Part shown: positions 22,714-32,692 of the stretch, piece after piece
How the letters are laid out: each line of letters opens with the position of its first letter
Numbering within the stretch: the first letter of the stretch is position 1
Assembly: GCA_045046875.1 (NCBI GenBank)
Contig: JASFYY010000025.1
Location: forward strand, 1 to 55,014
DNA from: Verrucomicrobiota bacterium
Lineage (GTDB): Bacteria > Verrucomicrobiota > Verrucomicrobiia > Verrucomicrobiales > DEV007
Length of the DNA: 55,014 nt
Direction: 5' to 3'
Position numbers and translations under genes: made by a program
The notes under the pieces: generated by a model
Told to the model about the DNA's origin: nothing
The model's database searches: none
What the model saw: the letters and a program-made list of their open reading frames with translations, nothing else

Positions 22714-22845
22714 ATGTCCCACGCCAAAACCATTCAAATCTTCCTTCCCGACGGCAACCCGCGCGGTGTCAAAATTGCGGAGTTCTCTAGCTGTTTCACC
22801 CGCGACCTCCTTCTTCCAAAGCTCCTCACGCCACCAGAAGAATAA
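22714..22845 (+). pseudogene. Chimeric remnant: start of a GIY-YIG/DUF4357-like gene fused to a second hsdS 3' end
   Basis: MSHAKTIQIFLPDGNPRGVKIAE followed by TRDLLLPKLLTP (hsdS ends TRDLLLPKLITP). Confidence 0.7.
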
Positions 22846-22865
22846 CTCTCATCCCATATCACGAC

Positions 22866-24335
22866 ATGAATGAAATCAAAAATACGCCTGAGCGTGATAT
22901 AGCTTTAATCGACGAATTGTTGGCTCATCACTCGGAGCATACATGCGTGGAGTTTAAGCATAATAACCAGAGCGAGGTTATGATTGGAACGTTATGTTCG
23001 GCTCTGTCCAACGCGGCAAGAATCGAGCAGAGGGACTTTGCTTATGTGGTCTGGGGTATCGAAGATGTCACCAAAAACATTGTAGGAACTACCTTTTCTC
23101 CAGATACCCAAACTGTAGGAAATCAGGTTTTTCAGATGTGGCTCACTCAGAAGCTGACACCACGCATCACCTTCCAATTTAGAAAAATAGCTCATCCAGC
23201 AGGGGATTTGGTGCTTCTTGAAATCCCCGCAGCGCACTCAACCCCGGTCGAGTTTGATCGCACGGCCTATATCCGTATTGGTAGTGCTACGCCGAGACTA
23301 TCGGACTACCCGGAACACTATCAAAAACTCATTACTCGATTACGCCCCTACACGTGGGAAAAGGCGATTGCCAAACCGTTTATTACTTCAGACGAGGTCG
23401 TCAAACTGCTGGACTACCCCGCTTATTTTAAACTCACGGATCAAAATCTTCCTGACAACAAAGTCAGCATTTTGGAACGTTTGGCCGCCGATGACTTGAT
23501 CGAAAAAGATGTGGGAAACCATTGGAATATCACTAACCTTGGAGCCATTCTCTTTGCCGATAATCTGGATGACTTTGATACCTCATTATCCAGAAAAGGT
23601 ATCCGCTTAGTCGCTTACGATGGGAGGAATCGCGCAGACACCGTGACGCAGCGTGTCGATGGTAAAAAGGGATACGCAACAGCCTTTTTAAGAGTGGTGG
23701 ATTACATTAAGGATCTCTTACCAGTGAATGAACAAATCGGCAGTGTGCAACGTAAGGAACTGGTCGTGTTTCCTGAAATTGCAATTCGGGAGTTGATTGC
23801 CAATGCGCTGATTCATCAGGATATGACCATTAGAGGTGCCGGCCCACTAATTGAGATTTTTGAAGGTCGTTTAGAAATCACGAATCCGGGAAAACCATTG
23901 GTTAAGACTGATCGCATGATCGATCTTCCGCCACGCTCCCGCAATGAGGCCTTAGCGTCTCTTATGCGGCGCATGAAAATGTGTGAAGAGCAAGGAACTG
24001 GACTTGATAAGGTAATTATCAGCGTGGAACTTCACCAACTCCCCCCTCCAGATTTTCAATCGGAGAAAGAAAGCATGCGCGTTATTTTACATTCACCCCG
24101 AACTTTTGCAGATATGTCAGTCGCTGAACGTGTCAGAGCCTGTTACCAACATGCCGTCATCAAATACCTAGATGGAGAGCGTATGAAAAATGCCAGTCTC
24201 TGTGTGAGATTTGGCATAGAAAAGAAAAATGCAGCCCAAGCCTCAAATGTCATTAAAAAAGCTATGGAGTCAAATATGATCAAGGCGGCTGATCCAGATC
24301 ACCCTCGGAGTGGCTATCTGCCCATCTGGGCATAA
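22866..24335 (+). CDS. Schlafen/AlbA_2 domain protein with HATPase_c_4-like domain and C-terminal helical region
   Basis: EHTCVEFK, SALSN, VVWGIED; FPEIAIRELIANALIH, ITNPG, RNEALA, EEQGTG. Confidence 0.85.
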   Translation: MNEIKNTPERDIALIDELLAHHSEHTCVEFKHNNQSEVMIGTLCSALSNAARIEQRDFAYVVWGIEDVTKNIVGTTFSPDTQTVGNQVFQMWLTQKLTPRITFQFRKIAHPAGDLVLLEIPAAHSTPVEFDRTAYIRIGSATPRLSDYPEHYQKLITRLRPYTWEKAIAKPFITSDEVVKLLDYPAYFKLTDQNLPDNKVSILERLAADDLIEKDVGNHWNITNLGAILFADNLDDFDTSLSRKGIRLVAYDGRNRADTVTQRVDGKKGYATAFLRVVDYIKDLLPVNEQIGSVQRKELVVFPEIAIRELIANALIHQDMTIRGAGPLIEIFEGRLEITNPGKPLVKTDRMIDLPPRSRNEALASLMRRMKMCEEQGTGLDKVIISVELHQLPPPDFQSEKESMRVILHSPRTFADMSVAERVRACYQHAVIKYLDGERMKNASLCVRFGIEKKNAAQASNVIKKAMESNMIKAADPDHPRSGYLPIWA

Positions 24336-24352
24336 AAGACATGAAAAACAGT

Positions 24353-24461
24353 TTCTTGATCGGGTTTTGATTCTAGACCTGAAAAACAGGCGATGATAAC
24401 GACAACCCTTTATAAATCAACGATGTAAGCTTAGATCACTTCTTGATCGGGTTTTGATTCT
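24353..24461 (+). repeat. Perfect 22-bp direct repeat, two copies
   Basis: TTCTTGATCGGGTTTTGATTCT at 24353-24374 and 24440-24461. Confidence 0.9.
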
Positions 24462-24505
24462 CGCCCAAATAGAGTCCTCTATACTCAATTAACCCATTCA
24501 CCTTT

Positions 24506-27500
24506 ATGTCATCCTACACCGAAGATCACCTCGTAGAACAGCCTGCGATCGCCATCATGCAGGATGAGCTGGGCTGGGAGTATGTAAATTGTTTTCATGA
24601 AACATTCGGCGATGATGGCACGCTGGACCGTAGCGGGAAGCATGAGGTAGTGTTGGTATCGCGACTCCGTGCCGCGCTGAAAAAACTGAACCCAAACCTG
24701 CACGATAGCGGAGTGGATCAGGCGGTGGACGAACTCACCCGTGATCGATCCGCCATGAGTCTGATGGAGGCGAACCGTGAGATTTACGACCTGCTTAAAG
24801 ACGGGGTGAAGGTGAAAGTGACGGATACCGGAACGGGCAGGCAGGAGATCAAGGTGGTGCAGGTGATCGATTGGTTGGAGCCTGTGAATAACGACTATTT
24901 TGTCGCTTCACAGTTTTGGATCAGTGGGGCGCTCTACACTAAACGTCCTGACGTGATTGCTTTTGTCAACGGCCTGCCACTGGTGTTGATGGAGTTCAAA
25001 AAACCTGGGGTACACGTTCGTGAAGGTTTTGATAAAAACATCTGTGACTACAGGGGTACGATTCCGCAGTTGTTTCATTACAACGGACTGATTCTCATTT
25101 CCAACGGCACCGAAAACAAACTGGGCAGCTTGAGCGCACCGTGGGAGTTTTACAGTGATTGGAAGAAGGTCAGTAGTGAAGATGAAACGCCCAAGACCTC
25201 GTTGGAGAATCTACTGCGTGGCACATGTGAGCCCGCGCGACTACTGGATCTGATCGAGAACTACACTCTATTTTCGGAGAACAAGGGTGAGGTTAGCAAG
25301 TTGGTTGCCCGCAACCATCAATTGCTTGGAGTGAATCGCGCGGTGGAGTCGCTTGATGGAAGCACAGATCATCGGCTCGGTGTGTTCTGGCATACCCAAG
25401 GATCTGGGAAAAGTTATTCGATGGTGTTTTTTGCCGAGAAGGTGTTTCGTAAGATTGCGGGGAACTGGACTTTTGTGATTATCACCGATCGAACGGAACT
25501 GGATATTCAGATTTACAAAACCTTTGCCCGATGTGGCGCGGCGCGCGAGCAGCATTGTCACGCCAGCAGTTCAGCCAAGCTACGTGATCTACTGCGCGAA
25601 GACCACCGCTACGTTTTTACTCTGATCCATAAGTTTCGCACGGAGCCTGGTGAGGCGCATCCCGTTCTCTCAGAACGCGATGACATTATCGTATTAACCG
25701 ATGAAGCTCACCGCAGCCAATATGATACTCTGGCGATGAATATGCGCACGGCTCTGCCCAATGCGAAGTTTGTAGCATTCACCGGCACCCCTCTCATCAG
25801 CGGAGAGGAGCGCACCCGTGAGGTCTTTGGTGACTACGTGAGTATTTATGATTTTAAGTCATCCGTGGATGATGGTGCAACGGTACCGCTCTTCTACGAA
25901 AACCGCACTCCAGAGTTGGAGATCACCAACCCAGACCTGAATGACGAAATCTACGATGTCATTGAAGAGGCTGGTTTGGATGAAGATCAGGAGGAGAAAC
26001 TTGAAAAAGTGCTCGGTAAAAAATATCACCTGATCACGCGTGATGATCGATTAGATGCCGTGGCGCAGGACATCATGCACCACTTTCTGAACCGAGGCTA
26101 TCAGGGCAAAGCGATGGTTGTCTGCATCGATAAACTTACCGCGGTTAAGATGCATGCCAAGGTCGCTGCCGAATGGCTGGTAGAGACGAATAGCGTGCGG
26201 CAAGAATTGAATGTTATGTCACCTCTCTATAAGGACTACTCGGCGCTGAACGAGCGACTTCGTATCTTGCAAGAAACCGACATGGGGGTGGTGGTATCAC
26301 CTGAGCAGAATGAAATCGCCACTATGGCGAAACATGGTCTGGATATGCAAGTGCACCGAGAGCGGATGGTGAAAGAGAAAATGGACGATAAGTTTAAGGA
26401 TCCTGACGATCCTTTTCGCCTCGTCTTTGTTTGCTCGATGTGGCTGACGGGCTTTGATGTCCCGAATTGCTCCACTCTTTATCTCGACAAACCGATGCGA
26501 GGTCATACGCTGATGCAGACCATTGCTCGTGCCAACCGAGTTTATGGTGACAAGGTGAATGGTTTGATCGTCGACTACGCTAACGTTTTTCAAGAGCTGG
26601 AAAAAGCACTCGCCATTTATGGCTCAGGAACTGGTGGAGGTACGATGCCCGTCAAAGATAAAGCCGAACTGGTGGAGGCTCTCAAGATTGCACTGAATCA
26701 GGTAACGAAGTATTGTGCCGTTCAAGGGATCGCCTTGGAGATGGTGATGGACGATTCCGCGAAACATTTCCTACCCGCCCTGAATCGCCTTCTGAGAACG
26801 GACGAAGTGAAGGAGAATTTCCTTGGTCAAGCTAAGGACATTGCACGTCTCTATAAAGCGGTGATGCCAGATCCGATTATCCCGGATCTTGCACCTCGCT
26901 GCCAGCTTGTGCAGGAGTTGGCTAAAGCGATCAGAGCTACAAAAAACCCAGTGGATATCACTGGGGTGCTTCAAAGTATCTCCGAGAAGCTTGATGGCTC
27001 CATCGTTGCCGAGCCACACATAGCACCCGGTGAAGAGGCGAAGACGATTGACTTGAGCAAGATCGACTTCGAGGCGCTGGAGGAGAAGTTCTCAAAAACG
27101 AACACTAAAAACACCGAGACTCAGAAGTTGCGAGCGCTCATTGAACGCAAGCTTGATAATCTGATCCGCCTCAATGCTTCACGATACGACTATCTCGAGC
27201 AATTTCAAAAAATGGTGGAGGAATACAACAGTGGAGCCTTGAGTATTGAACAGTTATTCGAGCAGTTGGTGATTTTTTCTAAGCAACTGAACGAAGAAGA
27301 GCAACGGCATATTCGGGAGAATATCAGCGAAGAGGAGCTTGCTGTCTTTGATATACTCACTCGTCCTGGTCCAGAGCTGGACGGCAAAGAAATTGAGCTG
27401 ATCAAAAGGGTTTGTCGTGACATGCTCGCCAAGCTCAAGACCGAGAAACTGGTACTCGACTGGCGTAAACGTCGCACCACTCGGGCCGCCGTCCGTGTCT

Positions 27501-27643
27501 CTATTGAGGAGATGTTGGATTCCGGTTTACCAGAGAAATACACGGTCGAACTTTTTGAGCAAAAATGCGGTGCTCTGTTTCAACACATACTGGAAAAATA
27601 TCCACAGCGTGATGTTAGAGTTTACACAGAAGAAGTCGCCTAA
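24506..27643 (+). CDS. hsdR: Type I RM restriction subunit
   Basis: RPD...EFK nuclease, HTQGSGKS, DEAHRSQ, FTGTP, LTGFD, QTIARANR. Confidence 0.96.
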   Translation: MSSYTEDHLVEQPAIAIMQDELGWEYVNCFHETFGDDGTLDRSGKHEVVLVSRLRAALKKLNPNLHDSGVDQAVDELTRDRSAMSLMEANREIYDLLKDGVKVKVTDTGTGRQEIKVVQVIDWLEPVNNDYFVASQFWISGALYTKRPDVIAFVNGLPLVLMEFKKPGVHVREGFDKNICDYRGTIPQLFHYNGLILISNGTENKLGSLSAPWEFYSDWKKVSSEDETPKTSLENLLRGTCEPARLLDLIENYTLFSENKGEVSKLVARNHQLLGVNRAVESLDGSTDHRLGVFWHTQGSGKSYSMVFFAEKVFRKIAGNWTFVIITDRTELDIQIYKTFARCGAAREQHCHASSSAKLRDLLREDHRYVFTLIHKFRTEPGEAHPVLSERDDIIVLTDEAHRSQYDTLAMNMRTALPNAKFVAFTGTPLISGEERTREVFGDYVSIYDFKSSVDDGATVPLFYENRTPELEITNPDLNDEIYDVIEEAGLDEDQEEKLEKVLGKKYHLITRDDRLDAVAQDIMHHFLNRGYQGKAMVVCIDKLTAVKMHAKVAAEWLVETNSVRQELNVMSPLYKDYSALNERLRILQETDMGVVVSPEQNEIATMAKHGLDMQVHRERMVKEKMDDKFKDPDDPFRLVFVCSMWLTGFDVPNCSTLYLDKPMRGHTLMQTIARANRVYGDKVNGLIVDYANVFQELEKALAIYGSGTGGGTMPVKDKAELVEALKIALNQVTKYCAVQGIALEMVMDDSAKHFLPALNRLLRTDEVKENFLGQAKDIARLYKAVMPDPIIPDLAPRCQLVQELAKAIRATKNPVDITGVLQSISEKLDGSIVAEPHIAPGEEAKTIDLSKIDFEALEEKFSKTNTKNTETQKLRALIERKLDNLIRLNASRYDYLEQFQKMVEEYNSGALSIEQLFEQLVIFSKQLNEEEQRHIRENISEEELAVFDILTRPGPELDGKEIELIKRVCRDMLAKLKTEKLVLDWRKRRTTRAAVRVSIEEMLDSGLPEKYTVELFEQKCGALFQHILEKYPQRDVRVYTEEVA

Positions 27644-27657
27644 TCCCCACCAAAGCC

Positions 27658-28713
27658 ATGGCAAAAAAACGCACATCCACTGCACGCAAAACCTCCACTC
27701 CTGCACCCAATAAGGTCAAGGCGGCTAGCAAAAAACCGAACAAGTCTCAACCTGCGAGTAAAAAAAAAGCGCCCACACGCAAGAGCACCCCCAATAAAAA
27801 AACAAGCCCTGCCAAAAAACGCAAGCCCACTAAAAATCCCACAGCTAAAACCAAAAAGCGCACGAAGAAGATCAAGCGTGAAGGTTACTCGCAGATCGTT
27901 CTGCTCGGCACCGGCAATCCCGGACCGGATCCGGACAAGTGTGGGCCCTCGCTGGCGATTGTGGTCAATGACGTGCCTTACATCGTAGATTTTGGTCCCG
28001 GCGTGGTGCGTCGCGCCGCAGCGGCGGTCAAACTCGGTGTACGTGGCCTCGCCGCCAATCGCCTGACCCGGGCTTTTCTCACTCACCTGCATTCGGATCA
28101 TACCACCGGTTATCCCGATCTGATTTTCACTCCCTGGGTCTGCGGACGGGACGAGCCTCTCCAGGTTTACGGCCCCAAAGGGCTTGCCCACATGACCGAT
28201 CACATCGTCGCTGCCTACGCAGCGGACATCGACCAAAGGCTCAACGGTCTTGAACCCGCCAATGCCAATGGATACCAAGTCGACGTGAAGGAAATCAAAC
28301 CCGGACTCTGCTACCAGGATGAAAACGTCGAAGTGCATGCTTTTGCCGTCAGTCATGGCTCGTGGCCTTGTTTTGGTTACAAGTTCATCTGCCCCGACCG
28401 CACCATTGTGGTCTCCGGCGATACTTGCCTTAATAAAAATGTCGCCAAACACGCCAAGGGCTGTGACGTCCTGATCCACGAAGTATGCTCCGGCATGGGT
28501 TTGTCCATGCGCTCACCGGAATGGCAGCACTACCACTCAAGTTATCACACCCTCGGATATGAGTTAGGAGAACTGGCCAGTGAAGCCAAACCCGGTCTAT
28601 TGGTCTTAGTCCATCAACTGCTACAAGGAGTCACCGAAGCCGACCTGCTGCGAGAAATCCGCAGCACCTACTCCGGCCCAGTGGTCTCCGGCAAAGATCT
28701 CGATATTTTATGA
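27658..28713 (+). CDS. MBL-fold hydrolase (RNase Z/arylsulfatase-like) with Lys-rich N-terminal extension
   Basis: LLGTG, THLHSDH, SGDT, LIHE, YHT, LVH; first ~75 aa K/T/P/A-rich. Confidence 0.85.
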   Translation: MAKKRTSTARKTSTPAPNKVKAASKKPNKSQPASKKKAPTRKSTPNKKTSPAKKRKPTKNPTAKTKKRTKKIKREGYSQIVLLGTGNPGPDPDKCGPSLAIVVNDVPYIVDFGPGVVRRAAAAVKLGVRGLAANRLTRAFLTHLHSDHTTGYPDLIFTPWVCGRDEPLQVYGPKGLAHMTDHIVAAYAADIDQRLNGLEPANANGYQVDVKEIKPGLCYQDENVEVHAFAVSHGSWPCFGYKFICPDRTIVVSGDTCLNKNVAKHAKGCDVLIHEVCSGMGLSMRSPEWQHYHSSYHTLGYELGELASEAKPGLLVLVHQLLQGVTEADLLREIRSTYSGPVVSGKDLDIL

Positions 28714-28727
28714 CTTACTTTTTCTTT

Positions 28728-28756
28728 ATCAGTGAAAATCAGTGTGATCAGTGCTT
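28728..28756. repeat. ATCAGTG short tandem repeat (3 units)
   Basis: ATCAGTGAAAATCAGTGTGATCAGTGCTT. Confidence 0.75.
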
Positions 28757-28796
28757 GTAATTTCTATCGTATAATAAGGACAAACGTTATTTTTAA

Positions 28797-29690
28797 ATGG
28801 AACAGGCCATCGACCAGTTTATTCTTTTTCTAGCCACCGAACGTGGGCTATCGGACAATTATCAGCTCGGGGTGCGCCGGGCTCTGGAAACTTTTGCCAA
28901 CTGGCTTGAAAAACAAACCAGTCAATCCAGTCCCCAGACCGTTGAGCTGAGCCATTTATCTGACTACCTGGCCCAACGTAAAAAAACAGGTCTGGCGGTA
29001 GGCAGTTTACGCTTTGAAGCCATCGCCTTGAAAATATTTTTCCGCCATTTATTGAGCCGTGGCCAGATCCCCACTGATCCTTCGGAAAAACTGGACTCTC
29101 CAAAGCTGGAACAACACCTGCCGGAAACCCTCAATGAACGGGATGTCGAAAAACTGATCGAATCCATCGACAACAACAAAGCCCTCGGACGGCGCGATCA
29201 AGCCATGCTCGAACTTTTATACAGCAGTGGCCTGCGGGTATCAGAGCTCACCGAAGCGCGCATCGAAAATCTCGACCTCGACGAAGCTGTCATCCGGGTG
29301 ACTGGCAAAGGTAACAAAACCCGACTGGTTCCTGTTGGGCGTCAGGCCAAAGACGCGCTGAGCGACTACCTGCGCCACGAACGACCTCAACTGGTACGCA
29401 GCAGTCGCACCCACAGTCACATTTTTATCTCTGTTCGTGGCAGCAAACTCACCACCAACCGCATTCGCCAAATTCTCAAAAGCCGCGCGCAAATGGCGGG
29501 CATCAAGATCAATGTCTATCCCCACATGTTAAGACATTCATTCGCCACCCATCTGCTAGGCAACGGTGCCGACCTGCGGGTGATCCAGGAAATGCTCGGT
29601 CACGCGGACATTGCCACCACCCAGATCTACACCCACGTTGACCAGGGCCAACTCAAAAAACTCCACCGCAACTTTCACCCGAGGCCGTGA
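28797..29690 (+). CDS. xerD: Site-specific tyrosine recombinase XerD
   Basis: ERGLS, LYSSGLRVSEL, GKGNK.R, HMLRHSFATHLL, GHADIATTQIYTH. Confidence 0.9.
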   Translation: MEQAIDQFILFLATERGLSDNYQLGVRRALETFANWLEKQTSQSSPQTVELSHLSDYLAQRKKTGLAVGSLRFEAIALKIFFRHLLSRGQIPTDPSEKLDSPKLEQHLPETLNERDVEKLIESIDNNKALGRRDQAMLELLYSSGLRVSELTEARIENLDLDEAVIRVTGKGNKTRLVPVGRQAKDALSDYLRHERPQLVRSSRTHSHIFISVRGSKLTTNRIRQILKSRAQMAGIKINVYPHMLRHSFATHLLGNGADLRVIQEMLGHADIATTQIYTHVDQGQLKKLHRNFHPRP

Positions 29691-29699
29691 ATCAGTAGA

Positions 29700-31493
29700 T
29701 CAGCGCATGATCTCTTCTTTCACATCAACCCGACTGTAAAGGGTATCATACTCCTGATTGATCAAGCTGCCCGCCCCTTGAATTTGCGCGACCAGTTTCC
29801 TGAGCCCATTATAAGATCGTGGACGATCCGTCGCATATATACGCATCAGCAAGGAATAATTAATGATCGCATCCACACATTTGAGCGTGCGGGCATCCAA
29901 TCTCGGCCGGATCCTTTTCAGAGCGGAAGCTGCATCGGCGTACTCATCGCCAGCCAGAGGATCGCTGATATCAAATTTCTTCTGCCGGATAGCACGTAAC
30001 AAAGGCTCTGCGGTGCGATCTATATTTTCCACCGAACCCATCAAACTCAATTTTTTCGGCGTCCGTCCCATCGAGGCATCCAAAAGAAATTTTGCCGACA
30101 AATGATTGGGCGTCAGTTCCAGGCATTTTTTAAGCCGCCCCCGGACATGGGAATTTCGCAAATACTTGATTCCGCCAGGTCGATTCAAAAGCTCCTGCAC
30201 TTTGCTAAAAGTCTCGATGCTCTCCTTGATCTGCGCATCCCGCTTGTCATGCACCGCCGCCAATGCCCAGGCATCTTCAAACTTCTTAAGCGCAAAAATC
30301 TGAATGCGTGTCATCGCCAGCGGTCCTTCGACGATCATCAAGTCGCTGATCACTCTTATATTGGATGCCGGAATACCAATCACATTGCAATCCCGTCGCG
30401 CCGCGCCACGTAGTTTACCTGTGATCCCACCCACCGGCTGCACCGTTCCATCCGCGTTCATGTCACCGGTCACTGCGATATCCGGATCGAGCTCTCCTCC
30501 CTCCAATAGGGAATTCAGCAAAAGCGCGCAAGCCACCGCTGCCGAAGGGCCGTCCTTGGGAATATACTGCTCTTGAAAACTGATCTCGACCCGATAACCC
30601 GCCGGCAAGGTTTCATGCTGCAAACGCAGATATTTGACCACTTTCTCCAAAGCGGTGCTCATATCATTCCCCACACTTTGATCAAATTCTACGCTCATTT
30701 CGTAGGAACTACTCGACCTTTCAGCGGTGGCATTCATCTGCGATGCTTTACCCGCAAAAGTATTGGCCTCAAGCTGTTGAACCAGCAAACCCTTCACTTT
30801 GGACTGCAAACGGGCTAACTTTTTGGAAGTCCCTTCACGTTGGATTCTCTCCATTTTCGAACTTTCTTCCTCCCCCTCATTTTGCTTTTTCCCACCTTCG
30901 ATGATCGATGACCAATCTGTCTTCAGTTCTTTTTTCTTGGAAAACACAGCAAGCTCGTACTTACGATCCAAATCATCTGTTTCTATCGCCAAATAGATCG
31001 ACATCAAATAAGCCGCCACCGTGAAATTATCCTTATCCGCACCATCCGCTTGTTTGAGCTCATCGGCCAGACGCCAAAGGCGACCTGCCATCGCGTCGAT
31101 ATCCCCCCAACTGTCAGGAAATGGTTTTGGCCGTTTATTCTGAATCAACATTTCATTCGCCATGAAAGCGCGCTTGTTCAGAGAGTCCAAGCGCAAAGCG
31201 ATCGCCAAAGCTTTTGCCTTAACCTCCATACTGCTATCCTCTGATACCGCCACCGCCGTCAACGCATTCACAATTTCAGCTTTGCGATCATCCGGCAATT
31301 CGATTTTATCGACATCAAAAGCCTGCCATTCCAATTCCGGCTTTTTGTATTCACGCTGCTCCGTATCCTCGGAATCCTCCGCATGCAGCAAAGGCGTATG
31401 GGTGCCCAACAGAACGATGCCCAGCATACACACCCAAGCACCCACAAAGGCTCGCCCCATCACATTTTTTCTTATTTCTCCCAAAACCAACAT
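29700..31493 (-). CDS. Exported protein with S16 (Lon proteolytic) domain, no AAA+ module
   Basis: N-terminal hydrophobic signal; KDGPSAAVA, AVTGD, PVGGITGK (Ser-Lys dyad). Confidence 0.8.
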   Translation of the reverse strand: MLVLGEIRKNVMGRAFVGAWVCMLGIVLLGTHTPLLHAEDSEDTEQREYKKPELEWQAFDVDKIELPDDRKAEIVNALTAVAVSEDSSMEVKAKALAIALRLDSLNKRAFMANEMLIQNKRPKPFPDSWGDIDAMAGRLWRLADELKQADGADKDNFTVAAYLMSIYLAIETDDLDRKYELAVFSKKKELKTDWSSIIEGGKKQNEGEEESSKMERIQREGTSKKLARLQSKVKGLLVQQLEANTFAGKASQMNATAERSSSSYEMSVEFDQSVGNDMSTALEKVVKYLRLQHETLPAGYRVEISFQEQYIPKDGPSAAVACALLLNSLLEGGELDPDIAVTGDMNADGTVQPVGGITGKLRGAARRDCNVIGIPASNIRVISDLMIVEGPLAMTRIQIFALKKFEDAWALAAVHDKRDAQIKESIETFSKVQELLNRPGGIKYLRNSHVRGRLKKCLELTPNHLSAKFLLDASMGRTPKKLSLMGSVENIDRTAEPLLRAIRQKKFDISDPLAGDEYADAASALKRIRPRLDARTLKCVDAIINYSLLMRIYATDRPRSYNGLRKLVAQIQGAGSLINQEYDTLYSRVDVKEEIMR

Positions 31494-31575
31494 AAGCCTA
31501 AAGCTGACAGTATATCAGCAGGTTAGCTGTGGGTAGTATTTTTGACAATAAAAAAACATCTGCCTACTGGAAATT

Positions 31576-31866
31576 GGATGCAGGACAAAAAAGTTAGCCT
31601 TTGCTTATTAAAAGCTACCTTATCTCACCTCAACATCATTTCGCCCTTTTAGGGCTGGCAATAAAACTGATTTAACCCCAGCGCTTCGCACTGGGCTATC
31701 GCATTTTGTCCTTACAGGACAGTTTGCTTTCATCTCTTTTTTGCACCAACGGTGCTCAATGATATAGCCCAGTGCGAAGCGCTGGGTAAAAAGTCCAACT
31801 CTTCCAGCCCTACAAAGGGCGAAACGCATCGCGGTCTGCAACTTAACTATCTTGTCCTACACCCCT
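31576..31866. repeat. ~285-bp nested palindromic element, copy 2
   Basis: Colinear with 3371-3655. Confidence 0.9.
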
Positions 31867-31911
31867 GGAGATTACCTTCCCCTCATCAAACAAGCAACCG
31901 GCGCGGCCGCA

Positions 31912-32679
31912 CTACAGGCTTTTTCTCTCGGGCAAGGGCTCGTTGAGGTATTTTTGGATCACCTCAGTCACCCGCTTAACGATCACGTCAAACATCTTTG
32001 CCCCCTTCTCAGCAGTGGCGAGATCGGGGCGACCGGTCGCTCCGTTTTGCGTGCGCTGCGCCATGTCGCGGCAGATCATCAAACCATCACTGTCATCCGG
32101 CAGATAACCTGACAGATTCGGCATATTCGCAGCCAGTTCGCTTTGCACCAATTCCGGACGCAGATGCAGCATCAAGGAAGTCTCCGCTTCACAAGCGTGC
32201 CCCAGGGTTTTGATCTCCCCTTCCATGCAAGCGGCAAGTTCTTTTTCCGCAATCGACCAATAGGATCCGGCAGTTAACAAAACTTCCGGATACACAGGCT
32301 GCAAACGGCGCAAGGCCACTCGCATCGGATCGATATTGCCACCATGCCCATTCAAGAGCAATACGCGGCGGAAACCATTTTTAAGCAAAGGTTCGAGAAT
32401 CTCACCAATCAAAGTTTCGTAAGTCGCCAAATCCGCTGTCAGCGTCGCTTGCCACGGCAAATGATGATGACTCGCGCCCAACCACAGTGTTGGCAGCAAT
32501 AACATCTCCTCCGTCAACTTGGACTCCACCGCTTCCGCCACCGCTTCACAAATAATGCTGTCGGTGCCCGTAGGCATGTGCGGCCCGTGTTGTTCACAGG
32601 CCGCCAAAGGCAACACCAGCATGGTCGATGCACGATCAAGATTGCGAATGCTGGGGGCGGGCGATTCGTGAAACTTCAT
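31912..32679 (-). CDS. Creatininase/amidohydrolase family protein
   Basis: EQHGPHMP.GTD, S.HH, NGHGGN, HACEAETS. Confidence 0.9.
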   Translation of the reverse strand: MKFHESPAPSIRNLDRASTMLVLPLAACEQHGPHMPTGTDSIICEAVAEAVESKLTEEMLLLPTLWLGASHHHLPWQATLTADLATYETLIGEILEPLLKNGFRRVLLLNGHGGNIDPMRVALRRLQPVYPEVLLTAGSYWSIAEKELAACMEGEIKTLGHACEAETSLMLHLRPELVQSELAANMPNLSGYLPDDSDGLMICRDMAQRTQNGATGRPDLATAEKGAKMFDVIVKRVTEVIQKYLNEPLPERKSL

Positions 32680-32692
32680 GGCTTCGCAGTTC

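Noticed and set aside
24353..24461. Possible mini-CRISPR
   Set aside because: Only two 22-bp repeats with a 65-bp spacer and no cas genes
27640..28479. 279-aa - strand ORF
   Set aside because: Antisense to the well-supported MBL hydrolase
28761..28796. dif-like sequence upstream of xerD (ATCGTATAATAAGG...)
   Set aside because: Only one half resembles a XerC arm; no TTATGTTAAAT-like XerD arm; more likely a -10 promoter box
28797..29690. Tyrosine recombinase as the integron integrase or RM-island integrase
   Set aside because: 297-aa XerD-like sequence without the IntI-specific insertion; 17 kb from the array and outside the RM island
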